DNA from: Octopus bimaculoides
Lineage: Eukaryota
Reading direction: 5' to 3'
Length of the DNA stretch: 64,000 nucleotides
NCBI RefSeq assembly: GCF_001194135.2
Contig: NC_069001.1
Location: 33,043,545 to 33,107,544 of the forward strand
The translations under genes and the position numbers were made by a program. The notes under the pieces are model-generated. The model did no database searches. It saw nothing but the letters and a program-made list of their open reading frames with translations, and was not told where the DNA came from. Of this stretch, positions 51,901 through 59,330 are shown piece after piece; the stretch's first letter is position 1; every line of letters begins with the position of its first letter.

Positions 51901-54900
51901 ACTCAAGCCCTGTCTACTGTTACAATCATTTCCAATTACAATATACCAATCATTTATAGAGCTTCTTTAGATTGTCAAACTCTTCCCCCCCCCCCCATTT
52001 TGTAACACCCTGTACAAAGACTATCCAGTCCATCATCAATCAAATATATAGTTTTAAGAAACTGACTTTCCACTCAGTGCAAATATCACATGGTCATTGT
52101 CACTGAATAATCATTTTTATTTTATATTCATTGTCACCTGACATTCATTTTATTTTATGCTCATTGTCATCCAACAATTTTATGCTCATTGTGAACCAAA
52201 AATTATTTTATGATTGTTTCTGATATCTTTTAATCTTAATTAGCTCAACCTTCTTTATCTCTTACTGTACAGGATGAAACATTTTGTTATTGAATAATAT
52301 GTGCTTATGGGCTTGTCATGTGTGAACATGTATATATGCACATATGTAAATGTATGTGTATTCAGTCTTTAATGAGAGCTATTTTTACTCAGGACATCAG
52401 CCTTACTAGAAAATGGGTTGATTGTTCATATTTTGTAACAAATATTGTGTCTTATTACAAATATATCTCACACTGAGTTTGTCTTCCTAATTAGAAATAG
52501 ATAACATAGCAATTAGAGCTCACTGTTGTAACCAGCCAAAAACAATGAGTAGTTGGTGAGTATTTTTTGTTAGTTAGTAGTCCCAATATCAAGTCCTGCT
52601 GTAAATTACTTGGAAGGAAACATACTTCATCTATAATTTACTATCCAAGTGATGTTATAGAATAGTATTCTTTTAGAGTTTTGAAACTAACCAAATCATA
52701 TCTTTTATTTACTTTAAGTTGATAATAGTATCATGATTAATTATATGCTACCAAAATGTTGTTTATTTATGTTTTTTTTTTCAGCTTTTCACAAATAAAG
52801 TATGAGCTTAAGACTCCTTATAAATATGTTTTATTAATTTTAATAGGACTTCATGCAGTGTGTTTTAGTTAAGTCATCATAATACAACTTACATTTAATG
52901 TTTGCAATAGCATTACAGACCAAATTATGTCAACCTTTTAGCACTTACATTATTCTGCCATAGTAATACTTATTTATTCATTTTGTTTAGAAATAATCAT
53001 GCATTATCCTCCAGCTTTGAGATTTCGATGAGGTAACTCTTAATTTTTTGAATGGTATTGTAAAGTTGGTGTGAGAGGCTAGATCTGGACAGTGTGAACA
53101 TGAAACAGGTAGAATATTTTGGTCGGATGTGGCCAGTTTAAATGCTAAAGGGATAAAATATTTTTTTCTGAAAAACTTCTATATAAGAAGTGGTTTTTAA
53201 ATTATTTTCGTATAATTTGCTTTTCTTCAACAATAGCACTTCTTAATCAACAGTTAAAACAATATTTTATTCACCTTTTTCAGTCTCAGAATATGAAACC
53301 TTAGGCAAACATTTTCTCCTACAGCATCAGATTCACTAATACTTTGAGAGTGAAATTTGCTAGATGCAAACTATGTAATAACCAGTTATATAAATAATAT
53401 CTTATGTGTACAGTGTGATGTACGATGATGTTACTGATGAGTTTAGAGCTCTGTATTGAGTGTCAGCACCCAGGCTACTTTCAGCAGAGTGCTGTCGTTA
53501 CTACTGTACATAGCAGTATTACTGGTCATGACATGCAAAGAGAAATTATGATAGACACAAGATGCAGTTGATATCATTTGGGAACAAATCATATAAGCTG
53601 CAACTTTGGTTTTGTCATTTCTCATTCATATATATATATATATATATATATATGTAAATATATAAAAACAAAAAGATAAAGAGAGCAAAGGTAAGGTTGA
53701 AGAATTTTATGGATAGAGTCTTACAGCTGTTTCTGGGAAGATCCAGTACTTCCCTTCATCGGAGACAGAAAAAATAAAGTTATCTATTATTATATCCATA
53801 GGCGGATATTTTTAGTATGAAGTGGTAAACTAATCTGTATACAGCACTTACTCGGTATTACCTGTATCCTCCGGGGTTTGGTTAAATCCAATACCCTCCT
53901 CAACCTTATATATATATATATATATATATACAGTTAATAGGGTGATGCTTATTTATTCACATTGTTTTGAGTTAATCATGCATTGTCTCATAGCTTCAGC
54001 ATTTCTATGATCCACTTGTTTAGTTTTAGAATGGCATTGTAGGGTTGGTGTGAGAGGTCAGATCTGGTGAGTTTCAACATCAAAAAGGTTAAATATTTTG
54101 GTCATATATGGCCCATTTGAATATTAAAGGGTTAAAATAATCTTAGCCATTAAACTTAAGTTGTCTTTCCTTCATCTACTAGTTTTTCTAATTAGATTTT
54201 TTTAATGCTCAGTGTTTGACATGCATTATTACTAACGATTTTTGTTCTTGGGTGGCAACTGTTATTTTCTATTTATTTATCCCTTAAAAGTATGAAAAAT
54301 GGCTACTATTTTCTTCAAACTTTACTTTTGTTACATTTATTCACACCCCTAAGAATCCTTTTCAACACATGGCTGTGATACTTCCTCACTTCTCCTGCTC
54401 ATGATCAGAGATGCACTTATTGTCACACACTAAGGAACATGCTCAAGTGGTTAAAGTCAAGTAAGTGACAAGCAAATCTGTGGTATTGAGCAGAATATTT
54501 GCTATAATGATATTTCTGCTACAGTAACTCAGCACTGAATCTGTCTGAAATGTAATGGAAAATAGGTCAGTTTGAAAACATTGATGCCCAGGTCACAAAA
54601 GCACTGTTTGAAGAGAATAGTAGTCATTTCCTTTGATTTCTAGATAGAAGCAAATAGGAAATAACACTTACTGACCCCATCCCCAAATTTTCTGTACAGT
54701 GTTACTATTATTTGGGTTTCATTAATGAAATTTATGAGCCCACTTTCCAGCTGTATCTTTCCAACATTTATTGTCAATTCTCTTTTTGAGAAGCTGAACA
54801 TACAACATATATAATCGTTGAAAACAAAAATCATATGCAGCAATTTTGTTATCATTGATTTTTTTTCTTTTTATTAGTTGACCTCAGTCTATTGGATTAA

Positions 54901-56030
54901 GTTTATTTTATTCTGCAGGGAGGACATGGAAATTGGAAATAATGCACACATAAAAGGAAAAGTAAACTTCCAAAATGTTGTGGAAAGAATCACAAAACGT
55001 AAGAATATACAGAATACATTAAGGAGAAAAATACAAGAAATGAAAAAACGTAAGTCTTGATTTGATTTTATCCTTTGATTCTTTTTGTAATTTTGTTTTT
55101 TTTTTCTTAAAAAAGTGCAAACATTGATATCTGGTAAACACAATGAAAAACATGTTCAGGGAGAGCTTAGGTTTAGTCCAAGAATGTTAGCATTCAGCAA
55201 AGAAATACTGCAAAACTGAAGTCTATGTGTGTGTGTATGTGTGTATGTTTCTTTGTTTTGACATCATGTGCTAAATGTAAATAACTTCACCTTCATACAA
55301 GCTGTGATTTTTGTTTGCAATCTTCCATGGAATGAGTTTAGCTATTGTGCTATTTGCAATGGAATCGTGAAGAGAAATATTGTCTTGCTTGGATACAGGA
55401 AGAGAATCTGGATATAGAAAACCTGCATCAAGAAATTCTATCTTCTGACCCATGTTAGCATGGAAAATGCTAGACATTAAAATGATGGAGATAAAAGATC
55501 TTGTATGACTGATTAGTGTGTGTGTGTGTATCAGCAGAAAAGGAACTTATTCAAAACCAATTATATAATTTCCTCAGAAGGCATCGGACAGTCCAAGGCT
55601 ACAGATGTGCACGGTGCCATGGTGTGAAGTATTAACATATTATCATCATCGTTTAATGTCTGCTTTCCATGCTAGCATGGGTTGGANNNNNNNNNNNNNN
55701 NNNNNNNNNNNNNNNNNNNNNNNNNNNNNNNNNNNNNNNNNNNNNNNNNNNNNNNNNNNNNNNNNNNNNNNNNNNNNNNNNNNNNNNNNNNNNNNNNNNN
55801 NNNNNNNNNNNNNNNNNNNNNNNNNNNNNNNNNNNNNNNNNNNNNNNNNNNNNNNNNNNNNNNNNNNNNNNNNNNNNNNNNNNNNNNNNNNNNNNNNNNN
55901 NNNNNNNNNNNNNNNNNNNNNNNNNNNNNNNNNNNNNNNNNNNNNNNNNNNNNNNNNNNNNNNNNNNNNNNNNNNNNNNNNNNNNNNNNNNNNNNNNNNN
56001 NNNNNNNNNNNNNNNNNNNNNNNNNNNNNN

Positions 56031-56072
<42 letters not shown>

Positions 56073-57310
56073 ATATAATTATTCATAATGCAGCATAATT
56101 ATTACATATGTACAAACATGCATACATACAAAAACACATATAATATTGTTTGTTTATATGCATAAAGCATCTAGTGTTGCAATTACCAAGTCAGACTTGC
56201 TTGTGAACAACAGCTAAGTATATATATATGCGATGGATAAATTGTCACTATTTTATATTTTTAATTTTGCGCATGCACATTGTTTGTTTTTGATTTTATC
56301 GACTTACACAGTATAGTAGAGTAAGTTGGGCACTGTCTGTGAGAAAAACTGCACCATGATGCAATTCACTCTGCGAGGAATTTGGAAACAACATGCTGTA
56401 CTGTTTGACATTCATGCTGGAAGCTCCAATATGAACATTTCAGAGTGTTTGGGTGTCAAATTAAGGATATGTTGAGAATTGAGCTGTGATGGACACCCAC
56501 CTGCACACTAAATTCTTTGCAAATGTTCAACTTGCTGATACAATTTCTTTATATGACTTGCATGGTTCCTACAAGCCACATCGAGTTTTCTTAGCGACAC
56601 CTGCTCTAGATCAACAAGCACTAGACTTTGTGGTTTGGTCTCTGTTAAGTACTTCTCCTGTAGTCTTCTCACTTGAAAGGGGGCATTAGTGGTACCCCAT
56701 CCTAGTATGAACTTGAAGTATATCTCATCTAAGCTAATTTTCTTCCTAATTAGTTGTGCTACAACTTTATGTTTTTCATAACTTGGCCTGAGGCCTCTGC
56801 AGTTGCTTCTTTTTAAGATCTCATTTGCCCTTGTACAAATTCCTTCTCCTCCCGCTCTTTTTTCTTCTAAGAAAATTTTGTCATCTCAGTAACTATGCTT
56901 GATGGTCAAGCTGTTTTCTCTCTTTCATATCCATAATATCCACTTCAACCATAGCTCTATCAATCTTAATAACTGCTCCCTTTGTTGGGTCTATTTGGGT
57001 AGTCCCACTGTCTGTCTCATTCAACTTTTTCTGAAGCATTCCCATGTTTCATTCTTCTTGGAGTCAGTGATGGTGAATGTGGTGCTAACTTTAACATGCA
57101 GGTTTCTTACTATAAAATCTCTGATTCATTCTGATACATTACTTTGCAATCCAGAACACTTCACACTTCTGAGCCTCATGTCACAGAACATTTGGAAACT
57201 GCTTCTCCCTTGACTAAAAAAAAAAGGTCCAGTGTTTGGCTTTTCTTCTCACTACCTGTTATAGTTCTTTGATCCCTAATTTTTCCTTTCATTCCAGACC
57301 TTCTTAACTT

Positions 57311-57357
<47 letters not shown>

Positions 57358-58238
57358 TCTCTCCATTCAACTACTATGTTATCTTTTATCTGACTCAACA
57401 TATATGTGCTATATCTATGTGTGTGTGTGTGTGTGTGTGTGGGACATATTCTTGGAGAGTTTTCTGATAAACTACATGTTATCATTATTTTTCTTCCAGT
57501 TAAAACTCAAAAAGAAGACAGTCAAAAAAATCTTGAAAGCAGTTCACTAGAAAAGTGTCAAATGAAAGAGCAGATAATCTGTCTATCAGAAGAAATGAAC
57601 AGAGTTCATCATGAGGTGCGATCAGCTTTACATCTCTTGTGTGAACTTACCAATAAATCAATCAACAGTGTCATGGAACAAGTAACTGTTCCTGAGGTGA
57701 AGATTATCAGAGATTGCCCAAGGGACAGTATTGATTACAACCCAGACTCCCAAATAAGTGAGTGTACTGATGATAATCCTCCCATTCCTAGCTCTCCACG
57801 ACTCATAATTAGTTCAAAGGCATTGGCAGACCTGACAAATACAGATTTTTCAGATATTTCAAAAGAAGATAATTTAGAAGATTCATCTGTAAATAAAAAG
57901 GTGTTGCAGCTTGAGGCACCAACCCATCAGGAAGACACACGCCATGAAATTTCTCCACAGGTGGCACCAAGGAAGAGTAAAGAAGCTAATAGAAAAAGCA
58001 GTGAAAGTCCACAAATCAGTGTCATATTTGAGCCGAATTCTACAAAACTAAATTGTCCAGTTAATTCCAATGTTGACATTTTAAGAAACAGAGGCCATTC
58101 AGACAGACCTCAAAGAGCAGCAGCTGAGTCCAGCAGTGCTAACCTCACAAAACCACTGCCTTTAGGATTAACAAATTTTCCATTTGCAGATGAAGACAAT
58201 GAAAAGAAATCTATTGTAACTGAAATGACAAATGTGTA

Positions 58239-58239
<1 letters not shown>
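6226..58239 (+). CDS. KCNH8: Elk/Kv12 (KCNH8-like) EAG-family voltage-gated potassium channel, multi-exon gene, 5'-partial (exon 1 lies upstream of the window)
   Basis: 14 exons with AG/GT ends join in frame (3029 nt, about 1008 aa). Subfamily diagnostics are [18 protein letters not shown] and LTFNL, which are Elk-type (ERG has VSPNT and HAPPGD, EAG has IAPST). The symbol means Elk subfamily, not one-to-one orthology. Confidence 0.95.
6672..7035 (-). mobile_element. SINE family B, near full length
   Basis: tacttgtttcagtca...cagccatgctggggcac tail, central CA microsatellite, ttgcccaaggtgccacacagtgggactgaacc head. Confidence 0.88.
8078..8203 (+). CDS. KCNH8: Elk exon 3: PAS/PAC C-terminal part ([27 protein letters not shown]...)
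   Basis: ttttcag acceptor, G|gtattt donor, 126 nt, phase 1-1. Matches the KCNH motif [21 protein letters not shown]. Absent from the ORF track. Confidence 0.93.
9085..9175 (-). mobile_element. Retroposon 3' tail with (AAC)n end (family D)
   Basis: gttgttgttgtttaacc...cagacttatgatcaaagg...agccat. Homologous to the + copy near 37090-37280. Confidence 0.5.
11816..12328 (-). mobile_element. hAT (Charlie-like) internally deleted DNA transposon, 513 bp
   Basis: 13-bp TIRs cagaggtcaccaa and ttggtgacccctg (1 mismatch), perfect 8-bp TSD CTCTAGAG (11808-11815 and 12329-12336), remnant transposase C-terminus [14 protein letters not shown]...[11 protein letters not shown]. Confidence 0.92.
13510..13600 (+). 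mobile_element. SINE family A, 5' fragment
   Basis: aaggtagcaagctggcagaattattaacatgctgggtaaaat...ttgagttcaaa. Confidence 0.65.
13831..14035 (-). mobile_element. SINE family A, full length, with target-site duplication
   Basis: Complete family A sequence flanked by a 12-bp direct repeat AAGCTGAATATT (13819-13830 and 14036-14047). Confidence 0.9.
15405..15480 (+). mobile_element. Orphan left end of a Tigger/pogo-like DNA transposon
   Basis: TA then CAGGCATACCTC matches the Tigger TIR start. No right TIR found. Confidence 0.55.
15480..16057 (+). mobile_element. 3' end of a non-LTR retrotransposon (probably Tx1/L1-like): ORF2 C-terminus, 3' UTR, (TTA)n tail
   Basis: [16 protein letters not shown]...[30 protein letters not shown]...* (TGA 15723-15725), then a pyrimidine-rich UTR, aaataaa and (tta)n. 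The clade call is inference. Confidence 0.6.
16058..16270 (+). mobile_element. SINE family A, full length, about 110 nt upstream of exon 4
   Basis: ggtgagctagcagaattgttaac...tggccttgtgccaaaatttgaaacc then (TAA)n. Confidence 0.88.
16384..16520 (+). CDS. KCNH8: Elk exon 4: N-linker ([46 protein letters not shown])
   Basis: tttttgcag acceptor, AAG|gtcagc donor, 137 nt, phase 1 to 0. [11 protein letters not shown] matches Elk RRRSRAVLYHIS. Confidence 0.9.
17036..17450 (-). mobile_element. SINE family B, full length
   Basis: cttttacttgtttcagtcatt tail through gaagacacttgcccaaggtgccatgcagtgggactgaac...aaacttcttaccacacag head. Confidence 0.9.
18001..18075. repeat. (TG)n microsatellite
   Basis: Direct reading. 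Confidence 0.95.
20753..21090 (+). mobile_element. Composite SINE: family B head plus alternative tail (same build as 5264-5690)
   Basis: ggttcagtcctactgtgtggcac...gatggaaactgaa head, TA/TG microsatellite, then gcctttgaagcc...agggttagcatcagg. Confidence 0.65.
21974..22131 (-). mobile_element. SINE family A, 5'-truncated
   Basis: ggcacaaggcctgaaattttgggg...aaagtcgacctcggcagaatttgaactcagaacg. Confidence 0.85.
22290..23150 (+). mobile_element. Long pyrimidine-rich RTE-type 3' region (family C)
   Basis: Ends in taggaagggtatccagccgtagaaa. Internal gcagctcctac...aaccatgtagatcctctac matches the reverse complement of 38060-38160. Confidence 0.55.
23200..24130 (-). mobile_element. Decayed Helitron Rep catalytic-domain fragment
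   Basis: Minus strand gives DKRGL (WQKRGL motif), [50 protein letters not shown] and [14 protein letters not shown]...[10 protein letters not shown], in Helitron order. Confidence 0.78.
24257..24452. repeat. Dispersed unclassified repeat, copy 1 (copy 2 at 54481-54676)
   Basis: gtattgagcagaa.atttgcta...aaaataggtcagttt.aaaaca.tgatgcccag...tagaagcaaatagg.aataacacttactgacc is shared over about 200 bp. Confidence 0.8.
25135..25260 (-). mobile_element. Family C tail with expanded (CAT)22 tract
   Basis: 66-nt perfect CAT run (25135-25200) then ttctatgctggtggcatgggttgaatggtttgac. Confidence 0.75.
27177..27320 (+). CDS. Candidate alternative first coding exon (or in-frame cassette from 27183): [48 protein letters not shown]
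   Basis: ATG with A at -3, in-frame upstream TAG at 27147-27149, 48 open codons, phase-0 GTGAGT donor at 27321 that joins the phase-0 exon at 33642. No transcript evidence. Confidence 0.55.
27781..28040 (-). mobile_element. SINE family A with internal duplication of its 3' segment
   Basis: The gggag...agtcgattagatcgatcccagt unit occurs twice, followed by a full family A body. Confidence 0.85.
28396..28718. mobile_element. Possible degraded hAT-Charlie MITE
   Basis: aagtggttctcaaa left end and tgggacctgctg right end, with tctac on both flanks. TIRs are poor. Confidence 0.35.
28790..28970 (-). mobile_element. Family C RTE-type tail
   Basis: atcatcatttaacatttgctttccatactggcatgggttagacgg...tctacagctggacgcctttcctaac. 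Confidence 0.8.
29288..29428 (-). mobile_element. SINE family A, 3'-truncated
   Basis: actggtactt...gaaaggatgaaaagcaaagttgac...atttgaactcagaac...tctgccagctcacc. Confidence 0.82.
31079..31670 (-). mobile_element. Mariner (Tc1/mariner) 5' end: TIR and HTH region of the transposase
   Basis: TA..GAGGATGGGCTGAAAAGTTCATAGG terminus at 31670, ATG at 31309, [33 protein letters not shown]...[22 protein letters not shown]. Confidence 0.88.
31466..31636. mobile_element. hAT-type MITE nested in the mariner subterminal region
   Basis: 15-bp TIRs cactagtgaagctag and ctagctacgccagtg. 8-bp TSD agtcggcc and agtcagcc (7 of 8 match). Confidence 0.8.
33642..33879 (+). CDS. KCNH8: Elk exon 5: pre-S1, S1, S2 ([15 protein letters not shown]...[22 protein letters not shown]...[10 protein letters not shown])
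   Basis: tcttag acceptor, G|gtaagt donor, 238 nt, phase 0 to 1, PEYK and WDWLI motifs. Confidence 0.97.
34494..34538. repeat. (TA)n microsatellite
   Basis: Direct reading. Confidence 0.95.
34816..34973 (+). CDS. KCNH8: Elk exon 6: end of S2 to S3 ([20 protein letters not shown]...[18 protein letters not shown])
   Basis: ttctttcag acceptor, ACG|gtgagc donor, 158 nt, phase 1 to 0. Confidence 0.97.
35606..35810 (+). CDS. KCNH8: Elk exon 7: S4 voltage sensor and S5 ([23 protein letters not shown]...[12 protein letters not shown])
   Basis: tttgccag acceptor, G|gtaagt donor, 205 nt, phase 0 to 1. Confidence 0.97.
36222..36376. other. Assembly gap (N run) in intron 7
   Basis: 155 N. Flanking exons join in frame with continuous homology. 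Confidence 0.99.
36421..36587. repeat. Near-perfect 62-bp inverted repeat (fold-back, MITE-like)
   Basis: Arms 36421-36482 and 36526-36587, 60 of 62 Watson-Crick pairs plus one G-T, 43-nt loop, TA at both ends. Confidence 0.92.
36653..36844 (+). CDS. KCNH8: Elk exon 8: turret, pore helix, selectivity filter, start of S6 ([38 protein letters not shown])
   Basis: ttctctag acceptor, G|gtaggt donor, 192 nt, phase 1-1, GFG filter. Confidence 0.97.
37090..37282 (+). mobile_element. Family D retroposon tail
   Basis: ggatggtcatagttggaatgtcttttgatc...gagctaaatacaacagcaacaac, homologous to 9085-9175. Confidence 0.5.
37548..37747 (+). CDS. KCNH8: Elk exon 9: S6 and C-linker ([17 protein letters not shown]...[12 protein letters not shown])
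   Basis: tttgcag acceptor, GAG|gtaaaa donor, 200 nt, phase 1 to 0. Confidence 0.96.
37771..38400 (-). mobile_element. Long family C RTE-type 3' region starting about 23 nt after the exon 9 donor
   Basis: (CAT)n, ttaatgtccatgttccctgctggcatgggttggatg...gcccttcctaatgcc, then a purine-rich segment homologous to 22290-23150. Confidence 0.72.
38425..38742 (+). mobile_element. SINE family B running into an assembly gap
   Basis: ggtgtgtggtaagaatcttgcttccc...caccttgggcaagtgtcttctactatagcc...gatggaaactgaaagaagcccgtc. Confidence 0.9.
38743..39543. other. Assembly gap (N run) in intron 9
   Basis: 801 N. Confidence 0.99.
40026..40086. repeat. (CA)n microsatellite preceded by (CT)n
   Basis: Direct reading. 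Confidence 0.95.
40358..40607 (+). CDS. KCNH8: Elk exon 10: end of C-linker and first half of CNBHD ([17 protein letters not shown]...[13 protein letters not shown]...VVALL)
   Basis: atttcag acceptor, G|gtatgt donor, 250 nt, phase 0 to 1. Confidence 0.97.
40765..40850 (+). mobile_element. SINE family A, 3' fragment
   Basis: agttgagtactggggttggtgtaatcaactt...tggtcttgtaccaaaatttgaaatcaatatt. Confidence 0.7.
41308..41540 (+). CDS. KCNH8: Elk exon 11: second half of CNBHD with intrinsic ligand (GKGDLFG...[12 protein letters not shown]...ELTFNLKD)
   Basis: tctag acceptor, TTT|gtaagt donor, 233 nt, phase 1 to 0. Confidence 0.96.
41892..42270 (+). mobile_element. SINE family B, full length
   Basis: ggtgtggctgtgtggtaag head through ccagcatggccac...tgactgaaacaagtaaaaga tail. 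Confidence 0.92.
43135..43226 (+). CDS. KCNH8: Elk exon 12 (predicted): post-CNBHD tail ([30 protein letters not shown])
   Basis: tttcacag acceptor, GG|gtaagc donor, 92 nt, phase 0 to 2. RPSIVD resembles the tail of other Elk channels. Supported by splice signals and phase, with weak homology. Confidence 0.72.
43878..44070 (+). mobile_element. SINE family A
   Basis: gttagcacactgggcaaaatgcttagc...gtcaactttgcctttcatcctttcggggtc...ggccttgtgcc. Confidence 0.88.
45790..45970 (+). mobile_element. Possible 3' end of a non-autonomous Helitron (Lep1/DINE-like layout)
   Basis: gtgtaaaatttgaatgaaattggttgtgtagttctcgagtt, then an (ACAG)n microsatellite, then ttttatatatatagat. The layout resembles Lep1-type elements (inference). 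Confidence 0.45.
47653..47925. mobile_element. piggyBac-like MITE (TTAA-CC ends)
   Basis: ttaaccttttgactgc ... gctgtaaaagggttaa, imperfect TIRs bounded by TTAA. Confidence 0.5.
49480..49568 (+). mobile_element. Family C RTE-type tail, young copy
   Basis: cctcagtcaaatcatccaacccatgttagcatggaaagcggacgttaaatgatgatgatgatgat. Confidence 0.88.
50802..50900 (+). CDS. KCNH8: Elk exon 13 (predicted): disordered tail ([32 protein letters not shown])
   Basis: ttggcag acceptor, AG|gtcagc donor (same hexamer as the exon 4 donor), 99 nt, phase 2-2, fits both neighbours. Confidence 0.62.
52931..53155 (+). mobile_element. piggyBac-like MITE, copy 1
   Basis: caaccttttagca ... aatgctaaagggataa ends. Body shared with 53935-54136. 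Confidence 0.65.
53650..53910. repeat. Unclassified insertion flanked on both sides by (TA)n
   Basis: GC-richer segment (gagtcttacagctgtttctggg...cccttcatcggagac) between two TA tracts. Class not established. Confidence 0.4.
53935..54136 (+). mobile_element. piggyBac-like MITE, copy 2, left end lost
   Basis: taatcatgcatt...gaatggcattgtagggttggtgtgagagg.cagatctgg...attaaagggttaa. Confidence 0.65.
54481..54676. repeat. Dispersed unclassified repeat, copy 2 (copy 1 at 24257-24452)
   Basis: Direct similarity over about 200 bp. Upstream 54330-54480 is probably part of the same element. Confidence 0.8.
54919..55049 (+). CDS. KCNH8: Elk exon 14 (predicted): basic tail segment ([43 protein letters not shown])
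   Basis: ttattctgcag acceptor, C|gtaagt donor, 131 nt, phase 2 to 1, bridges exon 13 and the terminal exon exactly. Confidence 0.72.
55410..55686. mobile_element. Two short family C tails in opposite orientation (55410-55490 +, 55640-55686 -)
   Basis: acccatgttagcatggaaaa...cattaaaatgatg, and atcatcatcgtttaatgtctgctttccatgctagcatgggttgga running into the gap. Confidence 0.7.
55687..56030. other. Assembly gap (N run) in the last intron
   Basis: 344 N. It could hide a symmetric tail exon. Confidence 0.99.
56330..56462 (+). mobile_element. Tc1/mariner-superfamily transposase N-terminal remnant
   Basis: [37 protein letters not shown] from ATG 56356, HTH-like. Cut off at the RTE fragment. Confidence 0.5.
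56462..57215 (-). mobile_element. Decayed RTE-clade LINE ORF (pre-RT and RT N-terminal part)
   Basis: Minus strand gives [75 protein letters not shown]. Confidence 0.85.
57315..57363. repeat. (TC)n microsatellite, followed by (TG)n at about 57418-57441, upstream of the terminal exon
   Basis: Direct reading. Confidence 0.93.
57500..58239 (+). CDS. KCNH8: Elk terminal exon: coiled coil ([31 protein letters not shown]) and acidic/Ser-rich tail to TAG
   Basis: tttttcttccag acceptor, phase 1, 740 nt open frame (ORF 57406-58239). The heptad segment matches the position of the EAG-family tetramerising coiled coil. Confidence 0.88.

Positions 58240-58240
<1 letters not shown>

Positions 58241-58287
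<47 letters not shown>
58241..58287. repeat. (AT)n microsatellite directly after the stop codon
   Basis: TAG G (AT)n running into the gap. Confidence 0.95.
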
Positions 58288-58884
58288 NNNNNNNNNNNNN
58301 NNNNNNNNNNNNNNNNNNNNNNNNNNNNNNNNNNNNNNNNNNNNNNNNNNNNNNNNNNNNNNNNNNNNNNNNNNNNNNNNNNNNNNNNNNNNNNNNNNNN
58401 NNNNNNNNNNNNNNNNNNNNNNNNNNNNNNNNNNNNNNNNNNNNNNNNNNNNNNNNNNNNNNNNNNNNNNNNNNNNNNNNNNNNNNNNNNNNNNNNNNNN
58501 NNNNNNNNNNNNNNNNNNNNNNNNNNNNNNNNNNNNNNNNNNNNNNNNNNNNNNNNNNNNNNNNNNNNNNNNNNNNNNNNNNNNNNNNNNNNNNNNNNNN
58601 NNNNNNNNNNNNNNNNNNNNNNNNNNNNNNNNNNNNNNNNNNNNNNNNNNNNNNNNNNNNNNNNNNNNNNNNNNNNNNNNNNNNNNNNNNNNNNNNNNNN
58701 NNNNNNNNNNNNNNNNNNNNNNNNNNNNNNNNNNNNNNNNNNNNNNNNNNNNNNNNNNNNNNNNNNNNNNNNNNNNNNNNNNNNNNNNNNNNNNNNNNNN
58801 NNNNNNNNNNNNNNNNNNNNNNNNNNNNNNNNNNNNNNNNNNNNNNNNNNNNNNNNNNNNNNNNNNNNNNNNNNNNNNNNNNNN
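58288..58884. other. Assembly gap (N run) in the presumed 3' UTR
   Basis: 597 N. Confidence 0.99.
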
Positions 58885-59113
58885 AAATTAATTGAAAAGG
58901 AAAATCTTTTTAAATCAGTGGCACCAGAAATCTGAATTTGTTGCTTATCTGAGGACAAATCTGAAGGATCAATCTTTGCAATTAGCAAAGCAGATTATAA
59001 ACCTCTTATTATACAGGAGGGTGTTTTTTAATGTTGAAGGCAATATCTGCTGGAAATGATCTCACCTGGTTATCTTTATAATGTATTTTTTAAACTTCCA
59101 TTATTATTATCCC

Positions 59114-59330
59114 TATTATTATTATTATTATTATTATTATAGTAGTCTTATTTTTATTGTGTGCTTTTACTGCACTACTGAGCACAACACTGTATTTCTT
59201 GGCCATGGGCAGTGTTTTGCTTTGGTTTTGTATTTTCTCTTGTACTGACAGTATTCTAATATAATATGCGTGCAGTGCCTAGTAGTGACATTTCTTTATG
59301 TTGTGAATATGTGTAAGACTTTGGTTATGC
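59114..59330 (-). mobile_element. 3' end of an R4/Dong-like LINE with (TAA)n tail
   Basis: Minus strand KEMSLLGTARILY* resembles the LLGTAHILR C-terminus of RLE-type LINEs, followed by a short UTR and (AAT)n. Confidence 0.5.

Noticed and set aside
52273-52300. Strong acceptor (tctcttactgtacag) in intron 13
   Set aside because: Stops occur within 9 codons in all frames. It is possible only as a tiny terminal or poison exon, and nothing supports that.
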